Shown here: positions 41,381 to 51,006 of the stretch, one piece after another
How the letters are laid out: each line of letters starts with the position of its first letter
Position numbering within the stretch: position 1 is the stretch's first letter
Assembly: GCA_040954595.2 (NCBI GenBank)
Contig: CM082587.2
Span: forward strand, 1,827,000-1,890,999
Direction of reading: 5' to 3'
Source of the DNA: Balanoglossus misakiensis
Lineage: Eukaryota > Animalia > Hemichordata
DNA: 64,000 bases
The notes under the pieces: generated by a model
Seen by the model: the letters and a program-made list of their open reading frames with translations, nothing else
Database searches by the model: none
Told to the model about the DNA's origin: nothing
Made by a program: the position numbers and the translations under genes

Positions 41381-44367
41381 TCAGTATCTTCTAAGAGCTT
41401 TCTTGAATCTCTCATAGTGGAAATCATCGGTGGCCTTTTCTTCTTTGCGCAGTCTCTTCTTTGGTGGTGATGCTGGACCTGGTCATGTACAAAAATAACA
41501 GACAAGAAACGTTAGTAAGTTTATCATTGTCATCCTCTTTATACTCCTGCAGTTCAATCAGTAATGAAATGCCAAAACGGATAATAGCTGTAGCGTTATT
41601 TTGAGAAAAAACATTACCTTACAAACCCTTAAAGCCAGGCTGCTTACACCATTAGAGCCCATGCATCTTTGAAAAACATACCCTACACGTATGCATGCCT
41701 ATGTACATGTCACATTTCTGAGAGACAACAACCCAGTTTTTAGATGATCTTGCTATTCACCTGCATTAATTAATATGTTACCCACACCTTAAATTCTGAT
41801 GTGGAATAAGTTATAAAGGTTTTTCATATGATGTGTAACAATGTTCATTTTATGACAATGGTCACCATGATGCAAAGCTATGAGAATCCAAATCTGAGGA
41901 AATCTGTCAACTCACTTGTCCACTCTGTGCTCAGGGTGACAAAAGACAGGGAAAAGTCAAAAACACAACTATAAGTACAACATGTTTATTAGTTCTAGCC
42001 ACAAATCTTTCAAATTACAAATCCTTCCATTGCTGGAAATGTTTGAATTTTAGACCAAGGTGAAAGTGCATGTGTACACAACAAAAACTGACTACATTGC
42101 CATGGAAACTTACGTGGGTGTTCGGCGTCTCCGACGACAACAGGGCGTGGTTTCGGTGCAGGCTCTTCTTTCTTGACTTTTGGCACGTGTGTGTCTTCTC
42201 GTAAAACTGCAATCAATGAGAGGGGGGTGATGTAGACTATAAGTTTCTGAGTATCCAACATTTGACATATATACAATACATACACACACAGAAATACTCG
42301 GATAATTTCAAACACCTAGACTTACATCTAGAATGCTGGACATAATTGACGGCCATATTAGCCGGTGCAAACGACATCTCATTTTTCTGTTTCATTCTTT
42401 CGTGCAAAAGTCTTTGCTTGGCATCTTCTGTGGCTTCAATGTTCTTAATTTTTGCACTGAAGAAGCAAAAAAGAGAGAGACAATGATGGCATGTGTTGTT
42501 ACTTTCAACAATGCAAAGTCTGTTCATGATAGTTTTTTTTTAGCAAATTAATAACTTTAGCTCAGGCAATTTGATCCCTTGCTAGTATATCACTGTAAAA
42601 AGCGCCACCAACTTACTCAATGCCAAGATCCACTTCAGGAATACCAGATAACATCTGATTGGATAACATTTCTTCTGACCTCGCGGTTGACGCAACTTTT
42701 AGTCTGTCTGGAAGTTCATATAGCAGATCCTGGCCTGTTTTCACTCTACACAAAGAATTTTATAAAAAGGAAGCACAAACATTCATAAAAGTTCACAAAG
42801 GCATGAATTCTCACGTTCTTTCCCCAAATCTTTCCATATCATGTGACTGCTGCATGGAGAACACAGCAGCAGAATTCACGAGAGAGGCCTCTTTTGAGAA
42901 AGGCAATCAACGTCTGTGACGTAAACCATTTTCTGAAAATGGTTTGCTTTGTGTTGACTTGAAATGTTATGCCCTAGCTCACCTCTCTCCTTCTCCATCT
43001 TCACCAGCCTTTGCCCTAAAATCAAAAATCTTTTTACTCATGAATCTTAAATGCCCTTCTTTTTAAATATAACAAATCCGTTTATCTACTTTATACTACT
43101 TCATAAGAAAATCAACTGACTTCTACTGAAGTTACAAAAATGACAAAAAAGTGAAAATATTAACTTTCTGGCTTCTTCTTTTGTGAGCTCTTTTCCTTTT
43201 TTCTTTGCCATCTGTTCTTCGATATATTTCATCCTGGAATTATAAAAATTATCAGTTACCAACATGATCAAGACATTGATTTGTTTACTTGTTTTTCTCT
43301 TAGTAATCTATATACCTATATACCAGTGAGTACCAGGTTTAAAGACTCACATGTCAGCATCTTCGTCTCGTCTGTTTGTTTCGGCAGCAAACGTACTTCC
43401 CATGTCAACCACATCTCTGTCTTGGTCCTCTTGAGATCTGCAAACAGAAAAGCAGCAGAAATGTCCATGAAATTGCGAAAAATTGTGAAACTGGAAACCT
43501 AGACTGGCCCAGATTTTGCATTTAATAGATGTGTCTAAGGGCGAGGTTTGTCTCAACCGTCGTCTTGGAAACACAGTGGGTTTACAAGTATGACACCTCT
43601 GATTGGACTGCTGTCGATTTCCATGACCTCTCCACATTACCTGTCTCTGTTTCTGTCCTTCACTTTACTCATGTCAACAAGTCCTCCTGTTTCCATCTTG
43701 AAAGGGTCATTCTACAATGGCAAAAATACATGGCATGTAAATGCATGTATGTTACTCCATTCAACCCCCACCCCTCTAGTGCAAGACCAGCTACTGTCTG
43801 TGGTTCTGTATTCACATTATTGTGTATGCTAGTGTAACTATGTTAAAACACAACTCACCGAAACTAATTCTCCAACTTTTGTGACTTTCTTGCCATATGC
43901 CAATCCTACAGCACTGAAACAAACACAATAACAGAAAGTTTATTGTTATGGGAATGTACATTTACATCGTACTTGCAAAGATCTGCTGCCTGTACCCAAA
44001 TTTACATAGCAATATGGACTTACCTTACACCCTTGGGTCTTTCTCTGAATTTTTGTGCTTCTTTTGTCTCTTGTAAGATTGTCCTGAAATAGAATATGTA
44101 GCATCACAGTGAGAGTGATATCCCATTGATTACAAGTTAATTGACTTGAGGGCCTGTGCAAAGGACACTGTACACACGGAATATGAAGTCCCAATGGGCG
44201 ATCGCATGTATACCAATGGGGCGATCCGTCTTTAAACGGACTGAGCAGTACAGTCAAAGCATAAAGCGTTGTAATTACCTCATATCAGATGTAGAATCAT
44301 CTTCTTCTGACGAAGAATCGCTTGAATGTCGACGCCGACGGAACTGTTTACGTTTGCTCGACGCCAT
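41381..44367 (-). CDS. C9orf78: C9orf78 / TLS1 (HCA59-domain splicing factor), ~304 aa. Exons 44279-44367, 44024-44083, 43859-43913, 43641-43711, 43351-43437, 43165-43233, 42983-43015, 42617-42745, 42326-42456, 42114-42206, 41381-41478
   Basis: A GT-AG phase-consistent chain gives MASSKRKQFRRRR...DPFKMETGG...FAAETNRRDEDADMMKYIEE...LLYELP...EEMLSNQMLSGIPEVDLGIDAKIKNIEATEDAK...NMAVNYVQH...EKATDDFHYERFKKALRRY*, matching C9orf78 motifs. A perfect TACTAAC branch point precedes the last exon, and there is a minus-strand AATAAA at 40958-40963. Confidence 0.95.
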
Positions 44368-44369
44368 AT

Positions 44370-44540
44370 TTACTCATTTGCATTTCCGGGTCGTCAGTTT
44401 CCTTCAACGAAATAATCGAATGAGATTGACATTGGTGGCGCTCTCTCGGTTATCCAGCGGAGGGTTGCTATGGCCACGCAGAGACAATATATTTTTTTCA
44501 AAACGATCGATTGACACAGACATAATAGGTAATATAAATG
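44370..44540 (-). promoter_or_regulatory. Compact promoter/5'-UTR of C9orf78
   Basis: CpG-containing interval between the C9orf78 ATG (44367) and the poly(A) signal of B4GALNT-like A (44545-44550), with an ETS-type CCGGAAA on the minus strand at ~44383-44389. Confidence 0.5.
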
Positions 44541-44756
44541 TGAGTTTATTAAAGAATGTACGTCTACCAGGCTAGGAAAAGGCTAGTGACCTCCCAATGC
44601 TCAGCTACGTCGCCAAGTTTTGTTCAGGCGACATGTGTCAAAGTACGTTGTCTTAGATTGCAACTGTCGTGCAGTACAAACGTTTGGAAAGTTGAACATC
44701 CCCGCATTGGAGATCAATGCATCTCTAGTTAAACTTATAGGGATACTTCGCCATGT

Positions 44757-46298
44757 CTAAATTCTGAAACATTGGAGATTGTTTTTAAATAGAGTGTGTT
44801 GGATATTTTGTTCTCTGTCATTTTCGTCGTTCTTTCTGTTTCTGAAATCGACGTATTTATCATTATTTGCGTTGTCCCGCCTGTGAAGAATGAACACGTC
44901 TTTACAACTGGCGACTCGGAGAGCTCCAAACCCGTCCAAGAAAAACTCCATGTGGCCGATCCTTTTGAAGAAAGGGTCAAATCCCACGGCTCGGACCGCC
45001 TGGGTTTTAGCCATGAAGAAATTGGTCACCATGTCAACCACCATGCATTGTGGGTATTCTTCCAGGGCGCCATGTGACGTTCCGTATCGACGCAGGCAAT
45101 CCCCATCCTCGTCCCCGGGGTCTAATTCAATTGATTTGTAGAAACGGTTTTGAATGTGCTTGTGGCCGTCCTCGCTTTGGAAGAAGGCGCCCACAATGTC
45201 AAGGTTGACGGCCGGGTCTTCGAGCTTTTCCAAGAAATTCTCAAGGATGGTGTTTTCCGTGAAGATATAGTCGTCATCCACCCAGAGAAAGAATTTCGTT
45301 CGCACTTGACTCATAAGCAAATTTCGTCCCGGGAACCATCCCTCGGAAAACGGCATCACAAACTGCTGCACGTTTGGTTTCCCGATGGTTTGAGGGTTTT
45401 CGGAATCGTCCGCCACAAGTATCGTCAGCCCTGGATAGAACTGATTTATGCTGTCAATCAACTTGTGGACGCAGTTGTATCGCTCGAAAGTTTTGGTCAC
45501 GATCGTCACTTTCTTGTTAATGTCGTCGACAAAGTGCGTGTTGTAGATCTTTGGTCGAGGCTGTCGTCTGATACGCACCTCAATGTTGACGTTGAAACTG
45601 AAGTACTTTACTTCTAACACGTCTCCTATATTGATGTCATAATATGTATTCTTGTATATGAGCGTTTGTAGCAAAGAATTGGCATCAGCCACGCCAGAGA
45701 TGCTGGTAATCTTTATTTCATCAGTACCGTTGCCAATGACAGTAGCGTTCCTCGGTTTAACGTCTTCGACGATAAGAACACCGAACTTCTTGGTGGATGT
45801 CACTGTGATTTCGTGCTTTCTATCGCCTTCCGCTGACAAGTCGTCCAATTGTTCGTGCAGCTTGATTCCGACTATGCGCACTGACCGGAGCGGTTCCAAC
45901 TGTAGTCCGCCGCCGACGTAGCTGACGGGAGACAACGCCCGACATAGCACGACTGGTTCGTCAATGATCGCTTGATCGTAACTCCACTTCTCCAGTTCAT
46001 TCTTTCGCCGCACTCTCAAGGAATCATCCAGCGGACCGAAGAAGTTCCCCGTCGTCTGCAAAGTCATGCAGGAACAACTTGTCCCCTGCGTCGACATCTT
46101 CTGTCGGTACTTGGCAATTTCTTCCGCGGTGACGGATTTATCGTATGGCAACTGTTTCCAAGGCAACACGACATCTTTGGATTTGATGGAGGCAGGCGTT
46201 TTGTTTCTTGGTGGGCCTGAATTGTACAGCACAATGCCACATAGAACCAAAAGTCCAACAACAACAGCAGGAATGATGACTGTGTACTTGGTGGCCAT
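44757..46298 (-). CDS. Beta-1,4-N-acetylgalactosaminyltransferase B4GALNT1/2-like (GT12), paralogue A, 513 aa, intronless CDS, catalytic motifs intact
   Basis: The likely start is the ATG at 46298 in context accATGg; the ORF track start at 46331 is a TTG. It has a type II TM segment, stem CSC, IVTKTFERY, VADDS, GWFPGRN, KFFLWVDDD (DDD at 45270-45278), VTNFFMA, GFDP, GHMEFFLDG and LQCF. Minus-strand AATAAA at 44545-44550. Confidence 0.92.
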   Translation of the reverse strand: MATKYTVIIPAVVVGLLVLCGIVLYNSGPPRNKTPASIKSKDVVLPWKQLPYDKSVTAEEIAKYRQKMSTQGTSCSCMTLQTTGNFFGPLDDSLRVRRKNELEKWSYDQAIIDEPVVLCRALSPVSYVGGGLQLEPLRSVRIVGIKLHEQLDDLSAEGDRKHEITVTSTKKFGVLIVEDVKPRNATVIGNGTDEIKITSISGVADANSLLQTLIYKNTYYDINIGDVLEVKYFSFNVNIEVRIRRQPRPKIYNTHFVDDINKKVTIVTKTFERYNCVHKLIDSINQFYPGLTILVADDSENPQTIGKPNVQQFVMPFSEGWFPGRNLLMSQVRTKFFLWVDDDYIFTENTILENFLEKLEDPAVNLDIVGAFFQSEDGHKHIQNRFYKSIELDPGDEDGDCLRRYGTSHGALEEYPQCMVVDMVTNFFMAKTQAVRAVGFDPFFKRIGHMEFFLDGFGALRVASCKDVFILHRRDNANNDKYVDFRNRKNDENDREQNIQHTLFKNNLQCFRI

Positions 46299-47121
46299 GG
46301 TGTTTCCATTAATGTGGACGTCTTCCAGCAAACACCTGTTGTTTCATTGCTGCAATGTCACGTGGTGCCAAACCTGGAACATTATGCGAAATAGACTGAA
46401 TATATATTGAGATGGAAAGAGAGACAGGCAGACAGAGACACACAAAGACAGAGAGCCATGGCGGACACACAGACACGTGTTGATCCCCTGAGGTCAGATG
46501 TGACCACAATACTGAGTTAATGATTAAATGATCAGCATTTCACTACACTGGATTTATAGTTATGACTGGTACATGAGCAGCGCCATTTACGACAAGTAAG
46601 CAATCCCGAAGAGGATCAAATCGGAATCCACAGACGCGCCCGCACACGATCAAAGTCGCTCTTTACTTTGTCGGCCTGCTTTGCCATGGTCAACTTGCAG
46701 GGAAGTTGACCATGTTATATATACTATATTATATACTTTGTTATAATATGCATATACTATATAACAAAGAAAAACACGTACGTACCACTCGAATATTTAA
46801 TTATCCACGACCATTTGGTCGAAGGAACTTTATTAAGGTTTTTACCTTTTTAAAGAAAAAAGACGAAGAAGAAATGTGTCTGTCTGTAACAGATAATATC
46901 TTCTGAGTGCATGCGTGTAAGCCTATTTGCATATGTCAGGCGTCGCTTCTTTGTACGCAGTATAAAAAAGGAAATTCAGGGATGATGCAACTACCCATCC
47001 AGTCAAAGCTTGTTAGTATAAATGAACCTGTTACAAAAGTTAAAAAGACATCAGTTTCATGCCACTGAAATAAGTAAAGTAAGAATGGATAAAAATATGC
47101 CGATCGTTATCGACCGTTTAA

Positions 47122-48627
47122 TCAGAGATTGAAGCACTGAAGATTACTTTTAAAAAGTAATTTGTCGGCGGCTGTCTGAAGAACCAAGTTGTTGTGCCGG
47201 GCGTTTCTTGGGGCGATTTCGGGGTTGTAGATTTGCACATCCGTACACGCAGCTATCCGAAGAGTTCCGAGTGCGTCGACGAATACCGAATCCAAACCGA
47301 GAGGTTGGATGTCAGAATCGAGTCCCAACCCCCACCATGGTAATGTTTTCGCCACGAAGAATTGTTCAACCGTGTCGACCACAGTGCATTGTGGGTAATT
47401 ATCCAACTTCCTATATCCGCCATATTTTATTTGCACGCAATCGCCATCAATAGTGCCCGATTCAAATTCAAGACGTTTGTAAAACCGTTCTTCGTCTATA
47501 ATCGCTCCTGCTTCATTTTCGAAAAATCCACCAACAACATCAAGCCTTTCTCTCATGTCCTCCAGCTTATCAACGAAAACGCTTAGCTTTGTGCGTTCTG
47601 TAAATAGATACGTGTCTTTCACCATCAGAAAGTATTTAGTTCGAACTTGGCTAATTGCCAAACTTAGCGAGGAAAATTCTTCATACCCTTTCGGCAAAAA
47701 GTATTGTTTCATATCTGTCATGTTGAGTTTGTGCCGTTCGGATGAGTAATCTCCAACAACTACAGTCAGATTTGAATAAAATTTTCGTACACTCTCCATA
47801 AGTCGCTCGATGTTCTCGACATTTTGCGTGGCTGTTACTAAGGTAACCAGCCAACTGATGTGGTTGGTGGGGCCCGGGTCGTATAGGTGCGGTGGGCTCC
47901 TTGTCTTGATGTGGACGTGAACATGAACGACAAAATCTAAAAGCCGAATTTCCACCACGTCGCGGTGATTGATGTCGTAATAGGAACTGTGGTATTGAAC
48001 TTGTTTCAACATAAGATTAAGGAGAGTGTGATGTCTTTTTACCCGCATCGTTGCCTTTTGATGCAAGTTGTTCTCGATCCTCACAAAGTGTCGGTAATAT
48101 TTCGGGACCTCTATAAATATCGTTCCGAATCCCTTCAGTGTCGAAAAAGTCATGACGATTTCATTGGCGTCTTCGGGTGTTTCCGGAGGAGAATCGATGA
48201 CGGATTCGTGCACGCTCAGTCCTACAAGTCTGACGTATTTCTTCGGCTCCACTGTGATTCCGCCGCCCACGTATTCCAACGGGGACATCGCCGGACAAAC
48301 GACCATGGGCGACCGTTGGAGCCTGAGCTCGCGTTCCCATTCTTCTCGATCCAAGCTGCCCCTCTTTCCGCGAGAATGGACGGGCTGTCCGACGTACCTG
48401 CGCTGACCGTCCGGTGCGTTCTCGCAGGAACACTCGCCATCGTCAGTGACCATCTCCTTGCGATATTTGTCTGCCAGATGGGACAGAGAGTCGCTCCCCC
48501 TGACAACAGAAGACAGCTTCCCCCGGGTAGAGGGTGCGTACACTGTCAGGTAAACGGATGACATGATCAGTGACGCTGTTCCGAACACCAACAGGAAAGT
48601 GAGACATGTTTTAAGTTCACAGTTCAT
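47122..48627 (-). CDS. B4GALNT1/2-like paralogue B, 501 aa, intronless CDS, probably catalytically dead
   Basis: Collinear with paralogue A (TM, CSC, SPLEYVGGG, SQVRTKYFL, LDVVGG, GDC, YPQC, FFVAKT, LFKSNLQCF). However WVDDD is replaced by MVKDT (47611-47619), TKTFER by TATQNV, ADDS by GDYS and GWFPGRN by YEEFSSL. Candidate 5'-UTR intron with acceptor next to 48712 and donor GTAAGC at 49074-49079. Minus-strand AATAAA at 46829-46834. Confidence 0.88.
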   Translation of the reverse strand: MNCELKTCLTFLLVFGTASLIMSSVYLTVYAPSTRGKLSSVVRGSDSLSHLADKYRKEMVTDDGECSCENAPDGQRRYVGQPVHSRGKRGSLDREEWERELRLQRSPMVVCPAMSPLEYVGGGITVEPKKYVRLVGLSVHESVIDSPPETPEDANEIVMTFSTLKGFGTIFIEVPKYYRHFVRIENNLHQKATMRVKRHHTLLNLMLKQVQYHSSYYDINHRDVVEIRLLDFVVHVHVHIKTRSPPHLYDPGPTNHISWLVTLVTATQNVENIERLMESVRKFYSNLTVVVGDYSSERHKLNMTDMKQYFLPKGYEEFSSLSLAISQVRTKYFLMVKDTYLFTERTKLSVFVDKLEDMRERLDVVGGFFENEAGAIIDEERFYKRLEFESGTIDGDCVQIKYGGYRKLDNYPQCTVVDTVEQFFVAKTLPWWGLGLDSDIQPLGLDSVFVDALGTLRIAACTDVQIYNPEIAPRNARHNNLVLQTAADKLLFKSNLQCFNL

Positions 48628-49079
48628 ACTTGCTGAACACTAATTATCCACGGATTTACCAGAAGCGAAATTCAAGGAAATGCTTTTCCAAACACGTGAT
48701 CCGAGAAGTCACCTGTAAATGCCAATGGAAATGAGTTTAATCCAAGAATAAAAACGAATAGAAAGAAAATTAATGTCAAAAGTACCGCACACTTCAATCG
48801 CATGGCAGTTTTTCCATACTTTTCAACGATACGCAGTTAATTGGAGAAAAGTCTTGATGAAAACATATGTAAATACGTACGTACATAGGCTAGTGTTTTC
48901 TAGTATTGACATCTCAACATGCGCAAGCCGCGTGAACTATGACCACATTATGGCAATATTTACATCCCCGTCATTTATCCAAATATCACAGAGGTCATTG
49001 CCATTTCATTCTCCAGCGTCTACTCAGTACAGACACAGCTGATTTCTGAATGCACTTTTGATATGACGTGTAGGCTTAC

Positions 49080-51006
49080 ACCTGATCGAAGTGTTAGCTA
49101 CCCGAAAACCTCAGGGACAACCAGTCACCATCACTCTGCGAGAATATCCACACTCACTGGCATCGTGAACACTGTGACACACAACACGAACTCTAAAAGA
49201 AATCATTTAATTGATTGACCAACCTCACACTGCATTAATTGCTCTGACGACAGCCAGTTCAACAATTAGCGACGATTCCATTCGCAATCAGTCATTGTCT
49301 TCCCAGTAAGCGTACGTCCTTCACCAAAATGGCGGACAAGAATGTTTCTACACACGTGTTGGAGTATTAGTTAAAAATTAACTTCGATATTTCTTTCAAC
49401 CGGGCTGAGCCGAGCGTGTAATGTTGGGTCTGGGGGTTGTCTGTCTTTATATGATGGGCGCGTGTATGAGATTATATATCTCGAAGATACACATCTTGTA
49501 AAATAAAATAAGCTTGCATTCCAAACATGGCTTGAACATGAGACTTTCAGCAGACAGTGAAGCCTGGAACTTACAATACATAACATGCAACTTTTCAGAG
49601 GTGTTATGATTGGCAATTTGTTTCCAACCCAAGTGACACAAACATGACTACTTTGAATGTCAAAGTATCGTTCTCCTGCAATAAGTCCACGCTCTCTACG
49701 TGACTTAGCGAGGTATCGTTTAATAGCTCGGGGAAAATTGAACATTTGTCCGAGAAATGAGACAATGTCATTTGCATGTCCGAGTGTACCAACTGGTCAG
49801 GCAGTGGGATCTTTGAACGAGTAGTTGAATTGAGCTATCGACAACACGTCATTGGGCACGTTCCAGTGAAAAGGACAACATAAACAGCCTATCAAAAGAA
49901 AATACTGCCAAAAGTTAGCGGAGTAACTTTATCCCTACAACTATTATGTTTGTACATTGTGTGTGTAGTGACAGTAGACAATGCGATGTTGTATTTTAAG
50001 AACTGATCGTGATCATTACTGCTATTATTTTACTGCCAATTAAAGCTTACTCAGTATAATTTGCAAGATTAAATTCTGAATTATTGATTAATAGAGATTC
50101 CATTCATCGGGACCGTGAAAGATATATTGATTTGTGAAGGTCATATTATTACTTGTCTGGGTAAATTTGTCTAGGGGAGGAAAAAACGACATTTGCCCAA
50201 CGGGTTTTTTAATATAACGGATAATAAATGTAAAATAGGAAGCATTAAGGTACAGATTGTAAACTGATTGTTATCAAGAACAGAAACAGCTTAAAGGCAC
50301 CTGTGCCTGACTTTAATTTGCTAGTCTTGTTTTTTTTAAATTTCTAGTCGTAAAATAAGAAGTCATAGGGTGGCTGATGGCCAAGCTGTTCGTGGTACGT
50401 GAAATTAGTACCGTAGTACCAAAGATAACACTCTCAAAGAAACCAATTCAGGGATTTCAAGTGGAATATGTAAATCTTCGGATACCATGGATACCAATAA
50501 CCTGGCGAACAATGATTGGATTGGGAAGCGCTTGTCTTGACAAAACTGTCAAATATTGACCCACGTGATAATCCTTCTTCTCCGATGAAAGGAGATTACG
50601 TAATGGCGACTGTTAATGTTCCAACAATGAAGGAATCGATTATCACTCTCGCTGATTTTCAGGCATAGTCCCGGTGAATATTGGCCGGTAGCAGCGCTCC
50701 GCGGGGCTGAAAAAATCGATTAATATCTTGTGTTTTGGTGACAAGCGTGTAGGGTGAAAAATTGGGAACCAGGCGTTGTCACTCCAACCTATTCGCTCCA
50801 AATACTTGCTTTTGGCGAACCACATCGAATGACGGATGGAATGACGTGCAGTTACTCCATATTCAATAGAAACCAGGTGCTGTACGCAAACTGAACTTCA
50901 CATTTTCTCTGGTGTCAAACGACCACCTGCCCGGGTAAATCGATAGCGTTTGTGTAAGGTGACCGATATAGAGTACAACAAGTTGCTTTCTTGCCATCAG
51001 TGCGAG
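49080..51006. promoter_or_regulatory. Divergent intergenic/promoter region between B4GALNT-like B (-) and GAL3ST-like (+)
   Basis: The genes are head-to-head. YY1-like CAAAATGGCGG at 49325-49335 and a CpG-rich patch at ~50640-50830. TSSs cannot be determined from sequence. Confidence 0.4.

Noticed and set aside
44796-48561. Multiple plus-strand and alternate-frame ORFs over the B4GALNT-like genes
   Set aside because: Shadow ORFs of GC-rich coding sequence.
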